From sequence record SRR31156797_5909: DNA of 64,000 nucleotides, one strand, 5' to 3'. Both the position numbers and the translations under genes were made by a program. How positions within the stretch are numbered: the stretch's first letter is position 1; each line of letters begins with the position of its first letter. Below are positions 40,045-50,599 of the stretch, one piece after another. The notes beneath the pieces are model-generated. The model was not told the origin of the DNA. It saw only the letters and a program-made list of their open reading frames with translations, and did no database searches.

Positions 40045-40161
40045 TATTCAAATACGGACAACTATTGTCCTAATTCGAACAGATTATCATTCTCTTTTTC
40101 AATGCTAAAAACAGTAAATCACTAATAATTTGACACTTCTATCATTCGGCTTAATATTTGA
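40045..40161 (+). promoter_or_regulatory. Candidate sigma-54 promoter with tandem enhancer sites
   Basis: TATTCAAATACGGACA (40045-40060) and TGTCCTAATTCGAACA (40066-40081), starts 21 bp apart; GG-N10-GA at 40148-40161 (CGGCTTAATATTTGA). Confidence 0.5.
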
Positions 40162-40260
40162 TCTATCAGATAGTTGTAACTTTTGATTGACAATCTTTGA
40201 TCACATGTTCACAATAAACGAAAATCAAATAAGCCTAATAATCTATAAACAAAACATCTG

Positions 40261-41487
40261 ATGAAAAAGACAACACTAATCTTATGTACCATTGCACTCC
40301 TAATGCTTTGGTATTCGCCCAACACTCAAGCACAACAAAAAGATCTACAGGAATGGAATCAATTTAGAGGATCGCAACGTAGCGGTGCTACCGAAAACAT
40401 ATCCTTAGCAGGTTTTGCTGAAAAAGCACCAAAACTACTATGGAAGAAAAAATTAGGTGACGGATTCTCAGAAATCACGATTAGTGGTGAAAATATCTAT
40501 ACCATGATAAGTGAGAAGCAAGATACCATAACCGGCAAAGAATTTATTGCTTGTTTTGATGCAAAAACTGGAAATGAGATCTGGAGAACAAAAGTCGATT
40601 CCTTGTTTTTTGACACATTCGGTGACGGACCACGATCTACGCCTGCTATTGGAGAGAAAAATATCTACAGCTTAAGTAGCTATGGTAAACTAACTGCTAG
40701 TTCGAAAAAGGATGGCAAAACCGTTTGGCAGGTAGATTTCATGAAAGAATATGGCAGTAAGCCTCCTCGTTGGGGATTTAGCTCCTCTCCTGTTTTAATT
40801 GATAACAATATAATTGTTGAAGTTGGTGGAACCGAAACACGAGCATTTATGGCTTTTGACAAAAATACTGGTAAAGAACTTTGGAAAAATGGTGAAGGCA
40901 AATCTACCTATAACTCGCCCCTGGTGACAGAGATAGATGGTAAAAAAAATATCATTTTTGCCAATGGAAGTAAAATATACTCACTAAACACTGTTGGAGA
41001 TACCATTTGGACTTTCAATTCACCAGTAAGCAATCCTACAGGAATGCCAATTGTCTTCGACGGAAACAAAATCTTCATCTCCGCAGTTCGCTCTACAGGA
41101 TTTATTGTTCTAGAGGTGCAAAACAACAAAGCAACCCTTATCAATAAAGGATCTAGCATGAAGAACGATTATAGTTCTTCTATCTATTACGATGGTCATA
41201 TATATGGTTTTCATATTGCAGCACTACAATGCATTTCTGTTAAAACTGGTGAGAAAAAATGGACTAAAAGAGGCTACGGTAAAGGCAGTTTAATACGTGT
41301 AGGTAATCAGCTATTAGTTTTATCAGATAAAGGAAAATTGATTCAAGTAAAAGCAACACCCGAAGCTTTCACTGAAATGGGGAATATTCAAGCTATTGTT
41401 GGCAAATCGTGGACTGCACCTTCATTTTCTAATGGTAAAATCTATTTGAGAAACCTTAGTGAAATGGCTTGCTATGAGTTAGAATAA
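40261..41487 (+). CDS. Secreted PQQ-like (BamB-like) beta-propeller protein
   Basis: Signal peptide; WNQFRG..R.G; repeated DAKTGNEIW/DKNTGKELW/KTGEKKW units; STP/SSP motifs. Confidence 0.85.
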   Translation: MKKTTLILCTIALLMLWYSPNTQAQQKDLQEWNQFRGSQRSGATENISLAGFAEKAPKLLWKKKLGDGFSEITISGENIYTMISEKQDTITGKEFIACFDAKTGNEIWRTKVDSLFFDTFGDGPRSTPAIGEKNIYSLSSYGKLTASSKKDGKTVWQVDFMKEYGSKPPRWGFSSSPVLIDNNIIVEVGGTETRAFMAFDKNTGKELWKNGEGKSTYNSPLVTEIDGKKNIIFANGSKIYSLNTVGDTIWTFNSPVSNPTGMPIVFDGNKIFISAVRSTGFIVLEVQNNKATLINKGSSMKNDYSSSIYYDGHIYGFHIAALQCISVKTGEKKWTKRGYGKGSLIRVGNQLLVLSDKGKLIQVKATPEAFTEMGNIQAIVGKSWTAPSFSNGKIYLRNLSEMACYELE

Positions 41488-41548
41488 GCGCAATTACTTT
41501 AGCGTAAAAAAATCAATACAAACAATACAGACTTCAAAAACACCCAAA

Positions 41549-42754
41549 ATGAAACTCAAAAAACTTCAATCAGTTATCCTTATTGCTTTGCTCTGTTTGC
41601 CAACAATATTGTTAGCACAAACAGCCGAGGAAATTATTGCGAAGCATATCGATGCCCATGGAGGTGCCGATAAATGGGAAAAAGTAGATGCACTAAAAAT
41701 CACCGGAAGGTTTACTGCATTTAGTCTCGAGAAAGATTTTACCTCTTACAAAACCAAGTGCGGAAAATATTATTCGGATTTTCATCTTGGTGAACAAAGA
41801 GTAATTGAAGCATTTAATGGCAAGTGTGGATGGACTATTGATCCATGGCAGGAAATCGAATATGCCCGTAAAATAAACGCTGGTGAAACTAACGTATTCA
41901 TGCAAAAAGCGACATTCTTTACTCCTTTTTTCAAATACAAAGAGAATGGGCATAAAGTAGAATATATTGGAAAAGAAACTGTAGATGGCATCGAAATGTA
42001 TGCCTTAAAATTGACCAGAGAGAATGGTAAATCGGAAAAGTGGTACTTTGACACAAAAACCTATTTAGAGTACAAATGCGAAGCAGAATGGGTTGATTTT
42101 GCCAGAACTCTGCCATCAGAAATGTATTTCGATGATTTTAGATCTGTTGATGGATTAATCATCCCTTTCTTTGTAGAAAGAATATTCTGGCAACGAGATC
42201 GTATTACCCAGATTGAAAAAGTAGAAGTAAATCCTGACTTTGATGCCAAACTTCTGGAAATGCCAAAAAGAAAAGAGATCTCGAAATTAGATTTTATGGC
42301 AGGCGATTGGGATGTTAAAATGGAATTTATGAACCGCAGAGGTGAATACAGAGAGACAGGTACAACAGAATCTAGTATCAGCTATGCTGCCACCAACTTG
42401 TTACAGGAAAAAATGAGCTACGAAAATTATTTCCCAAACACTTTAAACATCAACTACTCCTACAATCCTGATACAAAAAATTATCGCATAGCCGCCTTTA
42501 ATGAATTTACATCGGCAATTGATGTGTTCCAGGGAGAAATGACCAATAATGTATTAATAGTTGAAGACACACACATTCGTTTCGATGACAAAAAGAAGCC
42601 TGCAAGAACTTGCAAACAATTTACCTACACAAAAATAGACAACAATAATTTTACTGTGGAAAACAAAGTATCAAACGACGAAGGAAAAACCTGGAATCCA
42701 CAAGCCAGATTTACCTATACCCGTAAAGCAGATCGTGCAATTTCACAGAAATAA
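41549..42754 (+). CDS. Secreted protein with LolA-like N-domain and DUF1579-like C-domain
   Basis: Signal peptide; QTAEEIIAKHIDAHGG, YFDTKTYL and DDFRSVDGLIIP; then LDFMAGDWDV..SNDEGKTW. Confidence 0.65.
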   Translation: MKLKKLQSVILIALLCLPTILLAQTAEEIIAKHIDAHGGADKWEKVDALKITGRFTAFSLEKDFTSYKTKCGKYYSDFHLGEQRVIEAFNGKCGWTIDPWQEIEYARKINAGETNVFMQKATFFTPFFKYKENGHKVEYIGKETVDGIEMYALKLTRENGKSEKWYFDTKTYLEYKCEAEWVDFARTLPSEMYFDDFRSVDGLIIPFFVERIFWQRDRITQIEKVEVNPDFDAKLLEMPKRKEISKLDFMAGDWDVKMEFMNRRGEYRETGTTESSISYAATNLLQEKMSYENYFPNTLNINYSYNPDTKNYRIAAFNEFTSAIDVFQGEMTNNVLIVEDTHIRFDDKKKPARTCKQFTYTKIDNNNFTVENKVSNDEGKTWNPQARFTYTRKADRAISQK

Positions 42755-42775
42755 TTCCATTGAACCATTTAAATT

Positions 42776-42813
42776 AACGCCCCAAATCAAACAGGATTCG
42801 GGGCGTTTCTTTT
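42776..42813 (+). terminator. Intrinsic terminator
   Basis: AACGCCCC..GGGGCGTT stem plus TCTTTT. Confidence 0.75.
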
Positions 42814-43474
42814 GAACAATATTAAATATCAATCTTAAATATTTCAAAAATTTTAAACCCCGAACATAAATGCTTCGGGGTTTAGAGGATTACTCAATCA
42901 ACCATGAAAGAATAATTCTCAGAGCTTCATTAAATAAATTTAATATTATCTAAAAGTGAATATTATACAAAAACAAACACTCTTGTAGAATATTTTTTAT
43001 AGTAATTAAAAATAAATCTACAATAATTTATAATTATCTCATAATAATTTAACACTATTTTACAAACACGCCTTTTCTCTTATAATTCTGACACTTACAT
43101 CACCCATTAATTATTACAGTAAAATTTTACTTGTTCTTATATTTACGATTTATTTATAATATTAGAAATGATAATTATCACATTTACAGGATACACTAAA
43201 CGTTTTCATTTTATTAACCTACATTTTATTGTGTTATATAAAAACTTGAAAAATGACGCTATACTTTGTTTGAATGGTCACATTACAGATATTCATTAAG
43301 TTTAAAATAAATTTCTCGATTCTCCAACTAAATCTTTAGTATTCAATCATAATTTTATATATTTAGCATCAGGATTATATAATATAACAATACAATTCTT
43401 ACATAGACATATCATTCATCTATATCATCACAATAAATTAAGTTTCTTCCAATTCCTATTCAAGCCCAAAATTA

Positions 43475-45844
43475 ATGTTCAAAAACTATTTTAAATCAGC
43501 CCTCCGAAATCTTAAACAAAATTTCATTTACACAACCATTAATATACTAGGACTATCAATTGCATTGGCAGTTTCTTTTATTATTATTTTGTTTGTTGTA
43601 AACGAACTAAGCTATAACAATTGCCACCAACACAAAGACAAGGTTTACAGAGTAAATAGCTACCTGAATGATTTTAAAATGCATGAAGCTAAAACTCCCT
43701 TTGTGATGGCTTCAGTCCTCAAAGAGGATATTCCTCAAGTTGAAAATTCAGTTAACACTCGAAAACTACGTAATTTTAAAATTAAGCTTAAGGATGATTT
43801 CATTAGTGTAGAAAATCCTATTGGAACTAGCTCCGAAGTATTTGATATATTTACCCTGCCCCTTACTAAAGGTAATAATAATGGTAAATTACTTGAAGAT
43901 AATCAAGCAATTTGCCTTTCCGAATCTTTAGCTAAAAAGATATTTTCTCGTACCGATATAATAGGTGAACAAATAATCATCACCATTGGTAAAACAGAAA
44001 AGTTCTTTAATGTAGTTGCAGTATATAAAGACCTCCCTAAAAATTCAACTTTTAATGCTGATTGCTTAATTAATGGCATTCATACTCTTCCCTTTATTAA
44101 TTCAATATATAGATCAGACAATGCAGATACTGATTGGTATCAAAGAGCTTGGATGACCTGGGTTAAATTATCTGCAGGCAGTAAGGTAGAGCAATTTAAC
44201 ACACAGTTGAAAAATATCAGAAACAAATACATTGCAGAAGACGCTCCTATCTCTTTTCATTTGCAAAACCTATCGGATATTTACCTTAGTTCTATTGTGG
44301 TAAATAAATCTGGCATTACTGGCAATTGGAAAACAATAAAGATTTTTATAGCGATAGCAATGTTAATCATTTTGGTTGCTGTTATTAATTACATCATATT
44401 GTCAACCTCAGTTTCATCGGGCAGATCAAAGGAGATCGGAATCAGGAAGACATTTGGTGCCGAAAACAAACAGGTTAAATTTCAATTTCTTTTAGAAGCT
44501 GTTTTTCTATCTATTATAGTATTACCAATTGCAGTATTACTTATGACACTAGGTATTTCTCAAGCCGAAAAATTATTTCAAACTCAACTACCCATCATTA
44601 ATGAAAATATCATTTATTACATTTTCATCTATCTTCTTCTTACCATTTTAATTGGATTGATTTCCGGTCTTTATACTTCTGTAGGTCTTTCAAGAATGAA
44701 TGTAATTAAAGTCTTAAAATCAGGAAATTTTAAATCAAAAAGCAAGAATTATTTTAGAACCTCATTAATTATATTTCAATTGGTAATATTTTGTTTTTTT
44801 ATTGCAAGTACTCTTATTATTAAAGCCCAATATCAATTTACAACAAAGAAAAATCCAGGATTCATAAACAAAAACATATTGCTTGTAAACATCAACGATC
44901 TCAAACTCTATGCCCAATTTTTAAATGAAGTTAGAGCCAATTCTAATGTAATTAGTGCAAGTGGTGCAAAAGAAGGTCTTCCTATGCATGGTACGATGAG
45001 CTTTTCTACTACGCATCAAAAAAACCAAGAGGATAACGTAATTGTTGAAGCTATGGCAATTGACTTTCAGTTTTTAGAGACAATGGGTATTAAGCTCCAT
45101 AAAGGTCGATACCTCTCAGCCGAATTTGGGAGCGACAGAAAAAAATCATGTATAATTAACGAAGCTGCAGTAAAAGCTTTAGGAATTGATGAACCTATTG
45201 GTTGTAAATTAGGAAACCATCATGTGGTAGGTGTTGTTAAGGATTTTTATCCAAATTCTTTTCGATCGGAAATTCCTCCTTTGCTAATATTTATATCAGA
45301 CAAATATTTAAAACAAGTGGTGATAAAATACAAGGAAGGATCATTAGATGATCTTTTAGTAGCTTTAAAGGAATCTTGGAACAAACTTGAAACCAATCAA
45401 GAATTCAATTCTGTGATGATTGAAGACGTAATTACAGATCTCTATTCTGATGAAAAAAATAACTTTACCATTGTAAGTATAATTGCATTATTCACAATGC
45501 TAATATCTTCATTAGGTCTATTTGGTTTAACCTTATTTTTAATACGTGGGAAAACCAAAGAAATAGGAATAAAAAAAATACTAGGTTGCTCTGAAAGAGG
45601 TATCGTACTTTCATTTATTAGAATCAATGTTATTCATGTTTTCATTGCATCAATTATATCTATACCACTAACAATTTACGTAATGAATAAATGGCTAAGC
45701 AATTATGCTGAAAAAACAGAAATTGAGTGGTGGTTCTTTGCATTAACATTTCTTATTGCGAATATCGTTGTAATTACAACGATTTTCTTTCACTCATATA
45801 AAGCAGCAAGATTAAATCCCGTTAAATCATTAAAGTACGAATAA
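43475..45844 (+). CDS. ABC transporter permease (duplicated MacB_PCD + FtsX domains)
   Basis: MFKNYFKSALRNL, INILGLSI, two KEIGI.K..G motifs and NPVKSLKYE. Confidence 0.92.
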   Translation: MFKNYFKSALRNLKQNFIYTTINILGLSIALAVSFIIILFVVNELSYNNCHQHKDKVYRVNSYLNDFKMHEAKTPFVMASVLKEDIPQVENSVNTRKLRNFKIKLKDDFISVENPIGTSSEVFDIFTLPLTKGNNNGKLLEDNQAICLSESLAKKIFSRTDIIGEQIIITIGKTEKFFNVVAVYKDLPKNSTFNADCLINGIHTLPFINSIYRSDNADTDWYQRAWMTWVKLSAGSKVEQFNTQLKNIRNKYIAEDAPISFHLQNLSDIYLSSIVVNKSGITGNWKTIKIFIAIAMLIILVAVINYIILSTSVSSGRSKEIGIRKTFGAENKQVKFQFLLEAVFLSIIVLPIAVLLMTLGISQAEKLFQTQLPIINENIIYYIFIYLLLTILIGLISGLYTSVGLSRMNVIKVLKSGNFKSKSKNYFRTSLIIFQLVIFCFFIASTLIIKAQYQFTTKKNPGFINKNILLVNINDLKLYAQFLNEVRANSNVISASGAKEGLPMHGTMSFSTTHQKNQEDNVIVEAMAIDFQFLETMGIKLHKGRYLSAEFGSDRKKSCIINEAAVKALGIDEPIGCKLGNHHVVGVVKDFYPNSFRSEIPPLLIFISDKYLKQVVIKYKEGSLDDLLVALKESWNKLETNQEFNSVMIEDVITDLYSDEKNNFTIVSIIALFTMLISSLGLFGLTLFLIRGKTKEIGIKKILGCSERGIVLSFIRINVIHVFIASIISIPLTIYVMNKWLSNYAEKTEIEWWFFALTFLIANIVVITTIFFHSYKAARLNPVKSLKYE

Positions 45845-45857
45845 TCAATTAACACTT

Positions 45858-46814
45858 ATGTCTAACACCAACATACATATAATTGCTTTTTACAACCTCG
45901 AAAACTTCTTCGATACTACTGATGATCCCAAAAAGAACGACAATGATTTTTTACCAAATGGATCGAATCATTGGACTGAGAATCGCTACCTGAATAAGGT
46001 AGAGAGAATAACAGCTGCAATAGAATCCATTCAACCAGGAAAATTACCTATTGCAATTGGAGTTGCTGAAATTGAGAATAAAACTGTCTTAAGGGATTTA
46101 ATATATCAACCTGCCTTTAAAGGGGAATATGATTTTATTCATTACGACAGTCCGGATCGAAGAGGAATCGACGTTGCTCTACTCTATAACAAAACTGAAT
46201 TTGAGGTGATTCATCATGAAAGAATACCGGTTCGCATGAATGGAAATTCTCGTTTTGTTACAAGAGATATTCTTTACGTAAAAGGGAAACTAGCAGGCAG
46301 TGTCGTGCATTTATTTGTAAATCATTGGCCATCGAGAGCAGAAGGAATACTAGCATCGGAACCTAAACGTATTGTAGCAGCCAATTGCCTATACAAGAAA
46401 GCCACAACTATTCTTAATGCAGATGCAGAAGCTAAAATTTTAATGATGGGTGACTTTAATGATCTACCCATCAGTAAATCTATCACAAAACATTTACATA
46501 CCAAAGCTCACAAAAACATAAAGGAGACCGAGTTTTACAATTTAGCAGCCATTCCCTATCAGAACAAAGTGGGAAGTTTGTTTGCTAAAAAACATTGGCT
46601 AATGTTCGATCAAATTATAATCAGCAAGGGAATGATGTTTGGCAAAGGAATTAAGATAAAAGCACCACGGCTAACCATTCATGGTGATAAAAAATTACTC
46701 TATTTCGATCAGCAAGCTGGCATATATAAACCAAGCCGAACTTATTCTTATCACACCTATAGAGGAGGATCATCGGATCATTTACCGGTTTATGTTGGAA
46801 TCGTAGGTGAATAA
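45858..46814 (+). CDS. Endonuclease/exonuclease/phosphatase family protein
   Basis: FYNLENFFD, RGIDVALLY, NHWPSR, MGDFND and SDHLPV motifs. Confidence 0.9.
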   Translation: MSNTNIHIIAFYNLENFFDTTDDPKKNDNDFLPNGSNHWTENRYLNKVERITAAIESIQPGKLPIAIGVAEIENKTVLRDLIYQPAFKGEYDFIHYDSPDRRGIDVALLYNKTEFEVIHHERIPVRMNGNSRFVTRDILYVKGKLAGSVVHLFVNHWPSRAEGILASEPKRIVAANCLYKKATTILNADAEAKILMMGDFNDLPISKSITKHLHTKAHKNIKETEFYNLAAIPYQNKVGSLFAKKHWLMFDQIIISKGMMFGKGIKIKAPRLTIHGDKKLLYFDQQAGIYKPSRTYSYHTYRGGSSDHLPVYVGIVGE

Positions 46815-46822
46815 ATAAATAC

Positions 46823-46859
46823 ACAAAGACCACCAATCATAGATTAGTGGTCTTTGTTT
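46823..46859. terminator. Bidirectional terminator
   Basis: ACAAAGACCAC..GTGGTCTTTGT between convergent genes. Confidence 0.75.
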
Positions 46860-46876
46860 CTATCTGAAATACTGCA

Positions 46877-47254
46877 CTATTTTACAGCAATAGTTTCAAT
46901 TTCTACCAATGCACCAAGAGGCAAATCTTTAACAGCAAAAGCTGCACGAGCTGGACACTCTTCTTTGTAATATTCACCGTACACAGCATTCATTTCAGCA
47001 AATCCTGAAATATCGCTTAACAAACAAGTCGATTTTACAACATCCTTAAATGAATAACCAGCTTCTTCAAGAATATAGCCAATATTCTTCATTACTTGCT
47101 CGGTTTGTTCCTTTACACCACCTTCAACAAATTTTCCAGTTGCAACATCAACAGGAAGCTGTCCTGAGATATACAAAGTTCCATTTGCTTCTACTGCCTG
47201 ACTATATGGACCAATAGCTTTAGGTGCTTTTTCTGAGTTAATACACTTTTTCAT
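46877..47254 (-). CDS. ridA: RidA/YjgF reactive intermediate deaminase
   Basis: APKAIGPYSQA, ISGQLP, PARAAFAV and LVEIE motifs. Confidence 0.93.
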   Translation of the reverse strand: MKKCINSEKAPKAIGPYSQAVEANGTLYISGQLPVDVATGKFVEGGVKEQTEQVMKNIGYILEEAGYSFKDVVKSTCLLSDISGFAEMNAVYGEYYKEECPARAAFAVKDLPLGALVEIETIAVK

Positions 47255-47325
47255 TTCAGTTAATAATTAGTATTCGTAAAATTTGATTTATTTTGCGTCA
47301 CCAAAGTTAAAATAAAAAAGCTTTA

Positions 47326-47892
47326 ATGAGAATAGCAATTATAGATAATTACGACTCTTTCACCTACAATTTGGTGCACATTGTTGAACAATTTTGCGAT
47401 GAAGTTATCACCATGCGAAATGATAAGCTTGATTGGCAACAAATTGAGCATAGTGATAAGATTATCTTTTCTCCAGGTCCTGGTCTACCTTCCGAAGTAA
47501 AGGTTATGGCTGAAATAATGGAACGCTATTCGAAAGAAAAAGCAATCCTGGGAGTTTGCCTTGGCATGCAATTCATTGCAGAATACTATGGAGGCAGTCT
47601 TCTAAATCTGAAAGAGATTGTTCATGGTATTCCAAAAGAAACTTTTGTATTGGATAAAAATGAAATCCTATTCTCTGAGATTCCAGATAACTTTAAATCC
47701 GGAAGGTATCATTCCTGGGCTGTATCAAGAGATAACTTTCCAGATTGTCTATGCATAACTGCCACAGATGGTAGCAATTGCATTATGGCAATTAGACACA
47801 AAGAATTAGATTTAAGTGGGGTACAATTCCATCCGGAATCGATCATGACTGAAAATGGAAAAAAAATAATCCAAAACTGGATTCTATCTTAA
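47326..47892 (+). CDS. Glutamine amidotransferase, anthranilate/aminodeoxychorismate synthase component II (TrpG/PabA)
   Basis: IDNYDSFTYNL, SPGPG, GVCLG, RYHS and QFHPES motifs. Confidence 0.92.
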   Translation: MRIAIIDNYDSFTYNLVHIVEQFCDEVITMRNDKLDWQQIEHSDKIIFSPGPGLPSEVKVMAEIMERYSKEKAILGVCLGMQFIAEYYGGSLLNLKEIVHGIPKETFVLDKNEILFSEIPDNFKSGRYHSWAVSRDNFPDCLCITATDGSNCIMAIRHKELDLSGVQFHPESIMTENGKKIIQNWILS

Positions 47893-47903
47893 ATGATATA
47901 CAT

Positions 47904-47931
47904 AAAAAAAAGGCGCAAATAATTGCGCCTT
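47904..47931 (-). terminator. Terminator between convergent amidotransferase and lptD genes
   Basis: AAGGCGCAA/TTGCGCCTT stem with an A-run on its left (U-run on the minus strand). Confidence 0.7.
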
Positions 47932-47946
47932 ATATATCTTAATTAA

Positions 47947-47966
47947 GGACGTAACATGTTACGTCC
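47947..47966. repeat. Perfect 20-bp palindrome, REP-like
   Basis: GGACGTAACATGTTACGTCC is self-complementary. Confidence 0.55.
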
Positions 47967-47974
47967 CTAAAATT

Positions 47975-50599
47975 TTAAAACTGAACATCCTGCCAAGATT
48001 GTTTCTTCTCATATTTTAAATCCTGAAGGATACTAGAATCCACATTTATTATAAAATTATAAGATTGACGAGTACCAAATGGAATTGCATTAAATGACAT
48101 TTTCCAACAATGCAAATTCCTATTAATGGTAAACTGCGTTGTTGAAACCTCTTTATCTGTAAAGTCATATCCGGTAGAAAAACTAACAGCCCACTTTGGA
48201 GTTAAGGTAACCTGACCTGTTAGTCCCAAGTTCTGAGTAATATTTTTACGATTCGATGGCTTCGAATAAGTCCATCCGTAATCTACAGAAAATGACCATG
48301 GCATATCAAAATCAACATATCTTGGATCTCTCCATGCTTCTACTTGCTTATCATCTCCCTCTCCACCTTTCGTATTCGGATTTAAATCTTTTGCAGATAA
48401 ACTAAATCCAACATCAATGGAAGCATTTGTTAAGCGTGGTCCAAACTCATCAATCTTTTGGTTGATTTCACCCAATTTATATGGATTAACAGTTGAGTTA
48501 AAATTTAAATCCAACTTTTTATTAAAAAGTTTCGTTCTACCTGTCATTCGTATATCAGACCAATTCAACGAATCTGCAAACATATCGTATGAAGTGGAAA
48601 ATTTTAAACTCTCCAGAATCTTCACTTTTTTCATATCTTCAACACCAGTAGTATCATTAGCTGTTCGAACCTTTGCCTCAATATTATTGTCTAAACTCAG
48701 ATTAATACTTCCCGATTCCTTGGCTCCTGTCGGTGTTGAATACACACCTCCTTCAAAAATTGAATACTCAACATCCTCCTCCTTATTTTTATCGTAATAA
48801 GTTCTGTAATACTTACTTCGTGGAACTCCAATTTCAGGCGTATAACTAACACTAATAGTTGGAGTCATTACATGGCGAATAGCTGCCACTTTTGACGTTT
48901 CCTTAAATGTGTACATACCATAAATCTTAGGACTTAAGGACAAGGATGCACTGGTTGAATAATTGTGAGCATATCTAAACCCTTGAATGGTATCTATTTT
49001 AACATCACCATCTCCTCCGTCAGCATCCTTATCCCAAGATTTTCTGATTGATCTTGAATACAAAACACCTTGGTAATTCAAAGTTGGTGATAAAGTTAAA
49101 TCCTTTGCCAATTTAAAATTCGTAGTAATTGGAATACTATGCTGATAACCATTCTTCCAGTCCTTTTGCAATGACGAACTCATCAGTTTACTTTCCTTAG
49201 TATTAATTGTATTCTCTAATTTAGAAGAATAACTAATCCCTACTTTATCGTACCAACGAAGGTCTGTACTTTTACCTTTTGCTCTAAAAGGATAAATCTG
49301 AGTCATACTCAAAGACATACTCGGCAAGGTAAGAGCTATTGTTGTATCTCTACTATTTTGTGAATGCCTTAAACTCACATTTAAACTAAACGGACTATCA
49401 GCCCATTTTTTACTATAGGATATACTTGACTGCTTTTGATTGTTCGTAATATCATTAATAGATGTAGAGTTATTTCTGTCGTTATTTGTTGTAGAAACAT
49501 TAACCGATGCTGTAAATGTACGGTACGGATTTGCTTTAGCGTCCTGTGAGTGATTCCATCTAATCGCAAAATCTGTTGTCTCATAATAATCAGATAGCCC
49601 TTTATCTCCATATTTATTAAAGTGATATTCAGTAGCAAATGTTCCACTATATCTATACCTGGTTTTGTATTTAGATTCAACATAGGTACCCCACGATCCA
49701 TTCGCAAAAATATCACCAGTAATCTTTAAATCCATGTAATCATTAATTGCCCAGTAATATCCTCCTCCTCGCAGGTTATATCCACGTTGTTGCTCTTCAC
49801 CATAACTAGGAATTACTAGTCCTGATGAGTATGAAGAACTAAAAGGAAACATTGCAAAAGGCAATCCTAAAGGCAATGGTACATCTTCAAGAACCAAATG
49901 CAAAGGACCTGAAACAATTTTATCATCCTTAATCATTTTTGCCTTGGTCATTTTAACGTAAAAATGAGGATTCGGGTGATTACAAGTTGTATATTTTCCA
50001 TTTCGTAAATAGAAAACCTTATCGTTAATTTTCTTTGTAATTTCGGAATGTACAAAACCACCTTCCTGCTCTGTTATCACCTCATTTACCAATCCTTTGC
50101 CAGTATCAAAATTGTATTTTAGTTCTTTGCAAGTGAATTCTTCCGACCCGTCTTTAAATTCTGGAGTGAAAATAAAATTTCCGGTTGTATCCTGTATACC
50201 ATATGCAAAAGCTTGTTTTTTCTCAAGATCCAATTCAATATAATATGCCTTCAGTTCCGTTTCACCATATTTTACAAATGCATTTTTGGTTAAAAAAACA
50301 CTTTGCCCAGTTAAGGAAAACACAATAGTATCATCGCAATTGTATTCTATCATGGTTTCAAACAATGGTTTTTCTTTGGCTGTAGAATCGCTATTAAGCG
50401 AGTCCGAACTAACCAAATTTAAACTATCTATCTGCTGCAGAGGTATCTCTTTACTAATGGTGTCAATTACTGAAAAATCAAATTCAGTAATTAATTTTCG
50501 GTCGTAATGCTTTATATTATTTTCAATAGCAAATATGTTCAATGGAAGAATTGCTCCAACGAAAAGAATAAAAACCTTTTGTAGTAATTTCAAATGCAA
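47975..50599 (-). CDS. lptD: Putative LPS-assembly outer-membrane protein LptD (Bacteroidota type)
   Basis: YTTCNHPNPHF, GGYYWAINDY, HSQDAKANP and RNLHCW motifs; divergent from the amidase, as is typical in the phylum. Confidence 0.85.
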   Translation of the reverse strand: MHLKLLQKVFILFVGAILPLNIFAIENNIKHYDRKLITEFDFSVIDTISKEIPLQQIDSLNLVSSDSLNSDSTAKEKPLFETMIEYNCDDTIVFSLTGQSVFLTKNAFVKYGETELKAYYIELDLEKKQAFAYGIQDTTGNFIFTPEFKDGSEEFTCKELKYNFDTGKGLVNEVITEQEGGFVHSEITKKINDKVFYLRNGKYTTCNHPNPHFYVKMTKAKMIKDDKIVSGPLHLVLEDVPLPLGLPFAMFPFSSSYSSGLVIPSYGEEQQRGYNLRGGGYYWAINDYMDLKITGDIFANGSWGTYVESKYKTRYRYSGTFATEYHFNKYGDKGLSDYYETTDFAIRWNHSQDAKANPYRTFTASVNVSTTNNDRNNSTSINDITNNQKQSSISYSKKWADSPFSLNVSLRHSQNSRDTTIALTLPSMSLSMTQIYPFRAKGKSTDLRWYDKVGISYSSKLENTINTKESKLMSSSLQKDWKNGYQHSIPITTNFKLAKDLTLSPTLNYQGVLYSRSIRKSWDKDADGGDGDVKIDTIQGFRYAHNYSTSASLSLSPKIYGMYTFKETSKVAAIRHVMTPTISVSYTPEIGVPRSKYYRTYYDKNKEEDVEYSIFEGGVYSTPTGAKESGSINLSLDNNIEAKVRTANDTTGVEDMKKVKILESLKFSTSYDMFADSLNWSDIRMTGRTKLFNKKLDLNFNSTVNPYKLGEINQKIDEFGPRLTNASIDVGFSLSAKDLNPNTKGGEGDDKQVEAWRDPRYVDFDMPWSFSVDYGWTYSKPSNRKNITQNLGLTGQVTLTPKWAVSFSTGYDFTDKEVSTTQFTINRNLHCWKMSFNAIPFGTRQSYNFIINVDSSILQDLKYEKKQSWQDVQF

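Noticed and set aside
40261-41487. PQQ-dependent dehydrogenase or true BamB
   Set aside because: No catalytic motifs or clear lipobox; only the propeller repeats are supported.
42930-43474. Very AT-rich gap as pseudogene, mobile element scar or origin
   Set aside because: No ORF remnant, terminal repeats or DnaA-box cluster could be identified.
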